Source: a candidate division FCPU426 bacterium (GTDB taxonomy: Bacteria > Oederibacteriota > Muellerivitia > Muellerivitales > Muellerivitaceae). From it: DNA of 64,000 nucleotides. Position 1 is the first letter of the stretch. Each line of letters begins with the position of its first letter. The translations under genes and the position numbers were made by a program. The stretch covers positions 150,504 through 214,503 of the forward strand of contig CAVRAL010000004.1 in assembly GCA_963719085.1 (NCBI GenBank), written 5' to 3'. Positions 56,317 to 64,000 of this stretch are shown piece after piece. Under the pieces are notes generated by a model. The model saw only the letters and a list, made by a program, of their open reading frames with translations. It was not told the origin of the DNA and ran no database searches.

Positions 56317-57837
56317 TTAATACTTTCGGCGTTGGGAGGCGGAAGGGATGCGCAATTCTTCCCGGTACTTGGCGATGGTACGCCGGGCGATAAAGATGCC
56401 CTGGTCCTTCAAGAGCTGGGTTAATTTTTGGTCCGAATGGGGTTTTTGCGGCGCTTCTTGATCCACCAGTTCTTTTATTTTTTCCTTCACCGAAAGCGAG
56501 GACACATCAAGCCCGGCCTCCGATTCCAACCCGCTGGTGAAAAAATACTTGAGCTCAAAAAGCCCCCGGGGCGTTTGCACGTACTTGTGGGTGGTCACCC
56601 GGCTCACGGTGGACTCATGCATCCCGATCATGTCCGCCACTTGTTTTAAGGTGAGGGGTTTCAGGCCGGTGAGGCCCAGTTCCAAGAAATCGCGCTGGAT
56701 GCGGAAGATGGATTCAGTCACCCGGTAGATGGTCTTGCGGCGCTGCTCGATGTTTTTGATGAGCCACATGGCCGATTGGATTTTATTGTCCAGGAAAGCT
56801 TTGGTTTCCTTGGTCTTAACGGCGTTTTTATCCTTGAGCATCTTTCGGTAATAAGAGGAAATACGCAGCCGCGGCACCGGCTCGTCGTTCAAGACCACCA
56901 CATACTCCCCCTCGATTTTACGCACGCTCACGTCCGGGGTCACGTATTTGGTGTTATTTTCCTCGAAAGAGCGGCCTGGTTTGGGCTCCAGCGTGGCCAC
57001 CAGCGCCAATATTTCGCGCAGTTCCTCGGCGGTAATTTCCAGTTTTTTTTGGATGACGGGAAAACGCCTTTTTTCCACATCCTCAAAATGCTCGGCCACC
57101 ACCCGGTAGGCCTTGCGGGCCAAGTCCCCGGTTTTATTTTCCAGTTGAAGGATGAGGCATTCTCGCAAATTGCGGGCCCCCACGCCCGGCGGGTCGAAGG
57201 TTTGGATGAGTTGGAGCACTTGTTCCATTTGCTGAAGCGTGACGCCCTGGGCCTTGGCCATTTCTTCCAGGGGATCGATCAAGTAGCCGTTCTCATCCAG
57301 GTTGCCGATGAGCGTTTTCCCGAGTTTTTTTTCGGCCTCGTCCTTGCCCGACATCAGCAGCTGCCATTCCAAATGCTCGGCCAAAGTGGTCTGACGGGTG
57401 ATGGAGGCTTCCAGGAAATCGTGCTTTTCTTGGTCGTCCCCGCCGTTATTTTCCCCCTGGCCCCCGTAATACTCGCCGTATTCCTCGCCCTCGCCGTAAA
57501 GGGCCCAGGTTTCTTTAGTCATCCGGTCGCCGTCGCGCAATTGCTCGACGACGTCGGTTTGATGCCGCTCCTTCGCGCGCTCGTAATAAAGATCGCTTTC
57601 GGTGGGGGCTCCGCTGTCGTCCACTTCGGCGGGTCCGGCGATTTCGGCCTTTTCAGCCGCGGTGGCGCCTTCGCTGGGCTCTTCCTCTTCCAGAACGGGG
57701 TTTTCGACCATTTCTTTCTCGACCCAATCCTTCAATTCCAGGGTGGAAAGTTGGAGGATCTTCATGGCCTGCTGCAGCATGGGCGTCATCACCATGCGCT
57801 GCTGCATCTTTTGATTCATCCGGAATTCTTGGCGCAT
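56317..57837 (-). CDS. rpoN: RNA polymerase sigma-54 factor
   Basis: N-terminal QQRMVMTPMLQQAMKILQLSTLEL and the C-terminal RpoN box ARRTIAKYRE. Start chosen at ATG 57837 by alignment to the canonical RpoN N-terminus. Upstream alternatives at 57849 and 57909 exist. Confidence 0.8.
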   Translation of the reverse strand: MRQEFRMNQKMQQRMVMTPMLQQAMKILQLSTLELKDWVEKEMVENPVLEEEEPSEGATAAEKAEIAGPAEVDDSGAPTESDLYYERAKERHQTDVVEQLRDGDRMTKETWALYGEGEEYGEYYGGQGENNGGDDQEKHDFLEASITRQTTLAEHLEWQLLMSGKDEAEKKLGKTLIGNLDENGYLIDPLEEMAKAQGVTLQQMEQVLQLIQTFDPPGVGARNLRECLILQLENKTGDLARKAYRVVAEHFEDVEKRRFPVIQKKLEITAEELREILALVATLEPKPGRSFEENNTKYVTPDVSVRKIEGEYVVVLNDEPVPRLRISSYYRKMLKDKNAVKTKETKAFLDNKIQSAMWLIKNIEQRRKTIYRVTESIFRIQRDFLELGLTGLKPLTLKQVADMIGMHESTVSRVTTHKYVQTPRGLFELKYFFTSGLESEAGLDVSSLSVKEKIKELVDQEAPQKPHSDQKLTQLLKDQGIFIARRTIAKYREELRIPSASQRRKY

Positions 57838-57997
57838 ATTCCATGCCATCCAGCGCGTTTCTTCCCTCCGAGGGAAAAAGAGGCGCACAAGTTTGATGCC
57901 AAAAAACAAACCTCAATCCACTGACTAAATTATACTCTTTTTCATTGGGGAAGTATCACTTTGGGAAAAAAGACAAGGCCTTTGAAAAGGGCCCGGA

Positions 57998-59230
57998 TCA
58001 AGGCTCATCCCAGGCTTTTAACTCAAACTTGGTTTTTTCCCACTGCCGGATCCAATAGTCCAAGTCGAAGGGCTGGGGAAATTCCAGCGATCCTGAGGGA
58101 AACTTTTGGCCGCCCTTAAAGACCCATTGGATGGTCCTGAAATTTTGAGCGTTCGCCATGGGGTCGTGTTGATAAATCACCAAATCGGCCCACTTCCCTT
58201 TTTCCAGGCTTCCCATCTTTTGTTCCATGCCTAAAACTTTGGCCGCTTCCAAGGTGGCCATCTTCAAGCATTGGGCCGCGGTGACGCCCACGCTTTGAAG
58301 GTCTTTCCATTCCCGGATCGACACGCCAAAGGGCATGTGGGGATTACCCGCGTCCGTGCCATAAACGATTTTTCCGCCCAGGGAAAGAAAACGCTCGGCG
58401 TTCTTCAGGCATTGCTGGTGCCCCAAATGAAACCCATGCTGGCAATGCTGTCCAAAAGGATGCTCGGAGCGGCGCTGCCATTCTTCCGCCCAACCCGCGT
58501 GCGCGTGCAGGGTGGGAACAATTTTAATTTTTCGCCGGATCGCTTCTTTCCAAAGGTCGTCCGAGATGGGCCGGGACGGCATATGGGCCACCTCGTCCAC
58601 CTTGGCCGCCACGCAGGCCTCAAAATCCCGCTCATCCGTGATATGGGCCGTCACCTTTTTGCCCAAGTCATGGGCCGCCTCGACCACGGCGTCGACCTCG
58701 GTTTGGGAAAGGCAGGGTCCCAGCTCATGCTCCAAACCCAGCTTGATCAGGTCCATCCCCAACCCCGCTAACTGCTGGACTTTTTCCTGGGCTTGGTAAC
58801 GGCCGGTCAAACGCAGCGCCAACTGGGGGCCCCAAACATTCTCCGGGTAGCCTTTGGGGCAGGTTAAAACCGGCCCGGAAGAAAAGATCCGGGGCGAGGC
58901 GATGAGTCCGGTTTGTTCCCGCGCTTTCCATTCGAGCGCGTGAAAAGGATCCGACGCCAAATCCCGGACGGCGGTCACGCCGTTATGAAGAAAGCTGGCC
59001 AGCGTGGTTTCGTTGATGAGGGCGTGCACATGCAGGTCGATGAGTCCGGGCAGGACGAAAAAATTCCGGCCGTCGATGACTTCCCCCGCCTCATACGCCG
59101 GCGCCTTCGCATGGGGGCCCACATAGTCCAGCGTCTCGCCGGTGATGAGCAGGGTGGCATCCGTCAGCACCTTTTCGGCGGCGCCGGTGTAGATCGTGGT
59201 TTTTTCAATGGCGGTGGATACCTTCAGCAT
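57998..59230 (-). CDS. Metal-dependent amidohydrolase-family protein
   Basis: HxH metal motif (LIDLHVHAL) and the amidohydrolase TIM barrel. ATG confirmed. Confidence 0.7.
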   Translation of the reverse strand: MLKVSTAIEKTTIYTGAAEKVLTDATLLITGETLDYVGPHAKAPAYEAGEVIDGRNFFVLPGLIDLHVHALINETTLASFLHNGVTAVRDLASDPFHALEWKAREQTGLIASPRIFSSGPVLTCPKGYPENVWGPQLALRLTGRYQAQEKVQQLAGLGMDLIKLGLEHELGPCLSQTEVDAVVEAAHDLGKKVTAHITDERDFEACVAAKVDEVAHMPSRPISDDLWKEAIRRKIKIVPTLHAHAGWAEEWQRRSEHPFGQHCQHGFHLGHQQCLKNAERFLSLGGKIVYGTDAGNPHMPFGVSIREWKDLQSVGVTAAQCLKMATLEAAKVLGMEQKMGSLEKGKWADLVIYQHDPMANAQNFRTIQWVFKGGQKFPSGSLEFPQPFDLDYWIRQWEKTKFELKAWDEP

Positions 59231-59258
59231 GGCTTTGATCTTTTCCCTTTTGTCCCGC

Positions 59259-60134
59259 TCATTTAAAAACTTGATTCAAGAGCCAGGCCAGCCGGATGCC
59301 GGCCTTTTCCAATTGCCGGTCCACAATAAACCGCATGGCGCCGTTGCGATAGTCCCTCGGCAAGTCCGGCGCGTCCCAGCTTGAGCGGGCGGGTCCTTGG
59401 GGCAGTTCGGAGTAGATGTCGTTTTTGGCGATTAAGTAGCTTTCAAAAGCCCAATCCGCCGCTTCGCCCTTCTGCCACTGGGCCATGTCTTGCGGGCTGA
59501 TCCGGCTTTCCAAACGGGCCGCCAAATCCCGGGGCACTTCAACGGGTTTTTCTTCAATCAGATGGTCCCAATAGCTGTGGAGCCGCACCCAGCGTCGGGC
59601 GCGGCCGTTAAAACTACGCTCCAAGACCAGGATTTTCTCGTTCCCACCCCGGTCCCCGTCATTGGCGCAATGGAGCGGTTGATGCAGGTCGCCCACAAAA
59701 TGAATGAGGAACTTAAGCGCCTCGCGTTTTTTGTCCGGTGAGTCCTCGGGATTTTTGAGGACCGCCAAATCAAACTCAATTTGGCCGACCACGCAATTGC
59801 CTTGAACGCAATAATCCGGGATGTCCGCCCGGGTGAGGTTTTTCCTCACATCCAGATCAATGTGGTGCCAATCGGCGGTTTCGGGTCTTTCTTGAACGAT
59901 GTCGTCGGCCCAGCTCGAGACCCAAGCCATGGTGTCGGGGGCCAAAAGCGCCCTCACCGCCCGGTCGGCCTTCGGGGTCAGGTGATCCTGGGCGATGTAA
60001 GCCACCGTGGCGTGCCCCACCGGTCCCCAGGCGCGGGTCGGCCGGGGAAAAGAAAAAAGAAACAAGACTAGGCAAAAATAAAAAAGCCCGGGGAAGCCCC
60101 AGGCTTTTTTATTTTTAAGCGCGATTAAAATCAG
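59259..60134 (-). CDS. Secreted S1/P1-family zinc nuclease; start codon unresolved
   Basis: Mature N-terminus WGPVGH, with Zn ligands in the [12 protein letters not shown] region. The predicted signal peptide ([29 protein letters not shown]) has no in-frame ATG or GTG and overlaps a terminator-like hairpin. The upper coordinate is approximate. Confidence 0.5.
   Translation of the reverse strand: MILIALKNKKAWGFPGLFYFCLVLFLFSFPRPTRAWGPVGHATVAYIAQDHLTPKADRAVRALLAPDTMAWVSSWADDIVQERPETADWHHIDLDVRKNLTRADIPDYCVQGNCVVGQIEFDLAVLKNPEDSPDKKREALKFLIHFVGDLHQPLHCANDGDRGGNEKILVLERSFNGRARRWVRLHSYWDHLIEEKPVEVPRDLAARLESRISPQDMAQWQKGEAADWAFESYLIAKNDIYSELPQGPARSSWDAPDLPRDYRNGAMRFIVDRQLEKAGIRLAWLLNQVFK
60074..60106 (-). 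terminator. Terminator-like hairpin (agcccgggg-aa-gccccaggct plus T-run on the minus strand) 25 nt after the myo-inositol-1-phosphate synthase stop
   Basis: Eight-bp GC stem with one G-U pair, followed by TTTTTATTTTT on the minus strand. Lies inside the presumed nuclease signal-peptide coding region. Confidence 0.4.
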
Positions 60135-61231
60135 GCTTTTACCTTTTCCCCCACCTTGCCGTGCTGGGCGATAAATTGGTCCACGAACTCTTTGGCTTCC
60201 GCGTCGGAGTATTGGACCGGCGGCGTCTTCATAAAATAAGACGAGGGGCCTTCCAAGGATCCGCCGATTCCCGCGTTCAAAGCCAGCTTGCAGCAGCGGA
60301 TGGCGTCGATGGCCACGCCCGCGCTGTTCGGCGAGTCCCAAACTTCTAATTTCATCTCAATCGTGACCGGCACATTGCCGAATTCCCGGCCTTCCAAACG
60401 GATGTGGGCCCATTTGCGGTCGTTCAACCAAGGCACGTAATCTGAAGGGCCGATATAGATATTTTCCGGGTCGATCGGGTGCGCCAGTTGGCTCACCACC
60501 GCGCCGGTTTTGGATATTTTTTTGGACTCCAGGCGCTCGCGTTCCAGCATATTTTTAAAATCCATGTTGCCGCCGAAATTAAGCTGGGACGTGTGATCCA
60601 GCACCACGCCCCGGTCGCTGAACAGTTTGGACAAGACCCGGTGGGTGATGGTCGCGCCGAGCTGGGCCTTGATGTCGTCGCCCACGATGGGAAGCCCCGC
60701 GTCCGCGAATTTTTTGGCCCAGGCGGGATTGGACGCGATAAAAACCGGCATACAATTCACCACGCCCACGCCGGCCTTGATGGCCTCGTTCATATAAAAC
60801 TTAGTGGCTTCCTCACTGCCCACCGGCAGGTAATTGATCAGGATATCGGTCTTGGTTTCTTTTAATCGTTTGGCCACGTCCACGGGCTTCTCGGCCGATT
60901 CCTTCACCACTTCCCGGTAATATTTGCCCAGGCCGTCCAAAGTATGGCCCCGGCTGACCTTCACATTTAAAGCCGGCACGTCGGAAAATTTGATCGTGTT
61001 GTTGATCGGCGCGAAGATCGCGGCGCCCAGGTCTTTGCCGACCTTGTTTTCATCCACATCAAAAGCGCAGGAAAACTCCAGGTCACTGACATGGTATTTG
61101 CCCAAACGCGGATGCATCAGTCCCGGGATGAAACCGTCTTCTTCCGCGTCTTTGTAAAAAAAGACGCCTTGGATCAAGGAGGAAGCGCAGCATCCCACGC
61201 CGACGATCGCCACCCGAATTTTCGATGCCAT
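60131..61231 (-). CDS. myo-inositol-1-phosphate synthase (archaeal/bacterial short type)
   Basis: Start [19 protein letters not shown] (ATG 61229-61231, AGGAGG ribosome-binding site) with NAD-binding and catalytic domains. The track ORF is extended 160 aa upstream by the GC-rich frame. Confidence 0.85.
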   Translation of the reverse strand: MASKIRVAIVGVGCCASSLIQGVFFYKDAEEDGFIPGLMHPRLGKYHVSDLEFSCAFDVDENKVGKDLGAAIFAPINNTIKFSDVPALNVKVSRGHTLDGLGKYYREVVKESAEKPVDVAKRLKETKTDILINYLPVGSEEATKFYMNEAIKAGVGVVNCMPVFIASNPAWAKKFADAGLPIVGDDIKAQLGATITHRVLSKLFSDRGVVLDHTSQLNFGGNMDFKNMLERERLESKKISKTGAVVSQLAHPIDPENIYIGPSDYVPWLNDRKWAHIRLEGREFGNVPVTIEMKLEVWDSPNSAGVAIDAIRCCKLALNAGIGGSLEGPSSYFMKTPPVQYSDAEAKEFVDQFIAQHGKVGEKVKA

Positions 61232-61257
61232 ACCCAGCCTCCTGAATATTAAACGCC

Positions 61258-61857
61258 TTATTTTCGCGTCTGCTTGAACACATGGTAAATTCTTTGGAAA
61301 ACCGTGACCAGTGATAAAAGCGCCAAAATCCAAAGCATGGCCTTCGGCTGCCCCATCAAGAGACCGGCTCCCAAAATGAAAACCCGCACCGGCCGGGTCA
61401 CCCAGCCTCCCTGGTTTTGAAGGCCCAACCCTTCCGCCCGGGCCCGGGTATAAGAAATGAGTTGGGATAAAAATCCCGTCCCAAAGGCCAAAGCCGTTCC
61501 CGCCGCGTCTTGCGCTCTCCCGTAATATAGTACAAAACCCAGAAAAACGAGGGCCTCCGAGATCCGGTCCATGGTGGAATCCCAAAAAGCCCCGAAAACT
61601 CCCGGGCTTTTCAAGTGCCGGGCCAAGGCTCCGTCCAAAAGGTCGAACAGGCTGGCGGCGAAAAGCCAAAAGGCGGCCGCGACCCATTCTCCCTGCGCCA
61701 AGGTCAGGCAAACCGGGACGGAAAAAAGAACGCCCAGGAGGGTCAAAAAATCAGGCTTAACGCTTAGACGCGCCAGCCCCTTGAGAAGGGGCGCTAATAA
61801 AAGATCTAAAATTTTTTTCAGCGACTGACGGGATGAGGCTGCGGATTTTTTTTTAAT
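61258..61857 (-). CDS. CDP-alcohol phosphatidyltransferase (phosphatidylinositol-phosphate / archaetidylinositol-phosphate synthase-like); start non-canonical
   Basis: DG(x)2AR...G(x)3D(x)3D motif [31 protein letters not shown]. The in-frame ORF is open up to the lptB stop. The conserved N-terminal region [23 protein letters not shown] precedes the track TTG. Best candidate start is ATT at 61857, with AGGAG 7 nt upstream. Confidence 0.6.
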   Translation of the reverse strand: MKKKSAASSRQSLKKILDLLLAPLLKGLARLSVKPDFLTLLGVLFSVPVCLTLAQGEWVAAAFWLFAASLFDLLDGALARHLKSPGVFGAFWDSTMDRISEALVFLGFVLYYGRAQDAAGTALAFGTGFLSQLISYTRARAEGLGLQNQGGWVTRPVRVFILGAGLLMGQPKAMLWILALLSLVTVFQRIYHVFKQTRK

Positions 61858-61886
61858 GGCCGGCTCCTGGCGAAGGCTAGGGACGT

Positions 61887-62621
61887 TTACAGGGAAAAAC
61901 GCTCGCCCAGGTAAATTTCACGGGCCTTTTTATTGGAAGCCAGTTTGGCGGCGGTTCCGGACAGCAGAATTTTTCCCTCAAACATGATATAGGCCCGGTC
62001 CACGATGGAAAGGGTTTCCCGCACATTGTGGTCGGTGATGAGCACCCCGATTTTTTTCTTTTTCAGATGGCGGATGATGTTTTGGATGTCCTGAACCGCG
62101 ATGGGGTCGATCCCCACAAAGGGCTCATCCAGCAACATAAAAGCCGGATCGGTCGTGAGCGCGCGCGCGATCTCCACCCGGCGCCGCTCGCCTCCCGAAA
62201 GGGTATAGGCCTTTTGCTTGGCCAAGCGGGTCACATTGAATTCTTCCAGCAGGTTTTTCACTCGCTTTTTGCGCTCCAACGGCGTAAGGGGGGTCAATTC
62301 CAGGATCGCCATCAAGTTTTCCTCAACGGTCAATTTGCGGAAAATGGAGGCTTCCTGGGGAAGATAACCGATCCCGAGCCTGGCCCTTTTGTACATGGGC
62401 ATGTGGGTGACGTCTTGAAGCTGGCCGTCTTCCTCAAAATAAACATGGCCGGCTTCGGGCGCGATGAATCCCGTGGTCATGTAAAAAGTGGTGGTCTTGC
62501 CGGCGCCATTGGGTCCCAACAGCCCCACAATTTCCCCCTGTTTCACCTCAATGGAAACATGGTCGACGACCTTCTTTTTTCCGTAGCTCTTCACCAGCTC
62601 ATGGGTCCGTAGGATTCGCAT
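61887..62621 (-). CDS. lptB: LPS export ABC transporter ATP-binding protein
   Basis: Start [16 protein letters not shown] (ATG 62621). Walker [25 protein letters not shown] and the LptB-type C-terminus. Confidence 0.85.
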   Translation of the reverse strand: MRILRTHELVKSYGKKKVVDHVSIEVKQGEIVGLLGPNGAGKTTTFYMTTGFIAPEAGHVYFEEDGQLQDVTHMPMYKRARLGIGYLPQEASIFRKLTVEENLMAILELTPLTPLERKKRVKNLLEEFNVTRLAKQKAYTLSGGERRRVEIARALTTDPAFMLLDEPFVGIDPIAVQDIQNIIRHLKKKKIGVLITDHNVRETLSIVDRAYIMFEGKILLSGTAAKLASNKKAREIYLGERFSL

Positions 62622-62721
62622 CAAGCCCCTCAATCGGAATGGTTTCAGCGCCGCCCCAGCATACTGTAGGCCCCGGTCCCTTGAAACGAAATTTCGCAAG
62701 GGCCGGTTTATCCCAAAAAGG

Positions 62722-63681
62722 TTATAGACCCGGAATCGGAACCGGGACAGGGCCTCCCGCCGTTCCACTGGGGGCGGTTTTCACCGCGCCCATTTGCGCG
62801 CTCGAGCCGGCCGCGGGTCCTGAACCCGTTGCCGGACCGGAAGCGGCGTTGGTCGCCGTCCCCATCCCGGACGGGAGGGGCGAGGAAGTTCCCGCGCCGG
62901 GCGGCTTGGTCGGGACCGGCTGGGGCGAACTGTAAAATTCCGCCTCCGCCATCCCCTCCACAATCACTCGGTGGTCGCCGGAGAGGTTGGTGGTAATGCG
63001 CCGGCCCGCGAGAACCCCTTGGGGCGTAAAAACCATGGGATTTTCCTCCAGAATCACTTGGTCGGTTTTGCCGTCATAGGTGGCCAACTGGGCTTCCGAG
63101 CGGCCCGTGTCATGGAGAATCTCCACATCCTGATGGGCCACCACTTTTTTCTGCTGGGTATAAAGCTCCATTTGGCGGCTGCGGATGGTCATGGGCAGCC
63201 CGTTTTCATCCAGGGTGTCGATCACCGGATGATCGTGGGCGGTGATCTGGTCCATCAAATCGTGATAGTCCAGGTTGCCGCAAGTCAGGTGCATATTTGA
63301 TTTTAAGTCGTTGACCCGCACATGGCCCAAAGCCGTGGCCACACGGTTGTTGGAAGAGGCTTCCACTTGGTCGCTGTTGAGGATGACCTGGTCATGGGTC
63401 ACCTTCACGGCGCCGTTAAAAAGCGTCAACCCATTCAGTTTGTCGAAACTCAATTGGTCGGAAGTAATGTTGACCGGCTTTTCGGGCGATATGGATTTAA
63501 GCCGGTCTCCATCCAGGAGGGCTTTCTCGGTCGCCGGAGCCGACCCGCCATTCGGGGCCGCGGGACTGGTCGGCCCCTGCTGGGCGCGGGCTTGGGAAAA
63601 AAACGCGAGAAAAATCCCGAGGGCCCACAGGCCCGATTGCCGGTTAAAAAGGTTTGGGTCGGTTAAAATTCTCGACTTCAT
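62722..63681 (-). CDS. lptA: LptA/OstA-N-domain periplasmic LPS transport protein with a Pro/Gly/Ser-rich C-terminal tail
   Basis: Signal peptide. OstA-like beta-jellyroll ([36 protein letters not shown]...). ATG confirmed. Confidence 0.7.
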   Translation of the reverse strand: MKSRILTDPNLFNRQSGLWALGIFLAFFSQARAQQGPTSPAAPNGGSAPATEKALLDGDRLKSISPEKPVNITSDQLSFDKLNGLTLFNGAVKVTHDQVILNSDQVEASSNNRVATALGHVRVNDLKSNMHLTCGNLDYHDLMDQITAHDHPVIDTLDENGLPMTIRSRQMELYTQQKKVVAHQDVEILHDTGRSEAQLATYDGKTDQVILEENPMVFTPQGVLAGRRITTNLSGDHRVIVEGMAEAEFYSSPQPVPTKPPGAGTSSPLPSGMGTATNAASGPATGSGPAAGSSAQMGAVKTAPSGTAGGPVPVPIPGL

Positions 63682-64000
63682 TCGTATCCCTCAATTGAGT
63701 ATGGACGTCCTTGGTGAACTGAATGTTATTGAGTTCGGTATCGGCCACCAGCCCCACCGCCGTGATATCGTCCGAGCCCTTAAAAACATGCACTTTCTCA
63801 TCGGTGTGGATCATATCCGTGTCCGGATCCCAAGCCAGTTTTTCCGTTTCCAGCTTGGACCCATTTTCGGTGATGAGTTCCACGTGGCCCGAAACCAAGG
63901 TAGCGTTGGTCTCGGTATTGATGACCGCCTCATCCGCGGTCAAGTTGGAAACCATCCGGTTGTGTTTGTAATACTCGGCGAAAATATCATCCGTATCAGC
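63644..64000 (-). CDS. lptC: LptC-like protein, C-terminal part (N-terminus beyond the window end)
   Basis: The ORF stays open upstream of the track Met to the window edge. OstA/LptC-like beta-strand pattern. Position matches lptC-lptA-lptB synteny. Confidence 0.5.
   Translation of the reverse strand, partial: ADTDDIFAEYYKHNRMVSNLTADEAVINTETNATLVSGHVELITENGSKLETEKLAWDPDTDMIHTDEKVHVFKGSDDITAVGLVADTELNNIQFTKDVHTQLRDTNEVENFNRPKPF

Noticed and set aside
60131-61711. Track version of the MIPS ORF, with a 160-aa N-terminal extension
   Set aside because: The extension overlaps the CDP-alcohol transferase gene in another frame and has no homology. The true start, [11 protein letters not shown], has an AGGAGG ribosome-binding site.

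Overview
A 64 kb, roughly 60% GC chromosomal segment from a Gram-negative bacterium, with about 55 protein-coding genes. All but two are on the minus strand; only a GH3 beta-glucosidase and a YceI-family gene are on plus. No rRNA, tRNA, CRISPR array, transposase or integrase was recognised.

From low to high coordinates:
- A xylose ABC transporter locus: xylG is truncated at the window edge; xylF is separated from it by two paralogous small outer-membrane beta-barrel genes.
- ahcY and metK.
- A CUT1-type sugar ABC transporter (substrate-binding protein plus two permeases) converging on the GH3 beta-glucosidase.
- A glycosylation island: a GT-C/PMT-like mannosyltransferase fused to a PA14 domain, a polyprenyl-phosphate sugar synthase, a GT9, an NHL-repeat protein, a DUF2723-TPR (TMEM260-like) GT-C enzyme and a six-hairpin glycosidase.
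- A beta-carbonic anhydrase and an APC-family transporter fused to a Usp domain.
- A GH127-like hydrolase, a pentapeptide-repeat protein and an MFS transporter.
- A translationally coupled Ser/Thr kinase-WD40 and FHA-adenylate cyclase pair.
- A three-gene DUF2282 / DUF692 (MNIO) / DUF2063 locus. This is the most notable item: it matches the recently described bufferin-type RiPP metallophore systems.
- A DEAD-box helicase and a PGI/PMI isomerase, flanked by three copies of a MITE-like palindromic repeat.
- A long co-directional block: ptsI, ptsH, mannose-type PTS IID/IIC, a GH57 gene, IIB, IIA, yvcK, hprK, ptsN, hpf and rpoN.
- An amidohydrolase, an S1/P1 nuclease, myo-inositol-1-phosphate synthase and a CDP-alcohol phosphatidyltransferase inserted between rpoN and lptB, then lptA and a partial lptC.

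The supplied ORF track treats TTG and GTG as start codons, so many N-terminal extensions in it are artefacts. Starts were re-picked by hand where a ribosome-binding site and homology allowed. Several long plus-strand ORFs are antisense artefacts of GC-rich minus-strand genes and were rejected.
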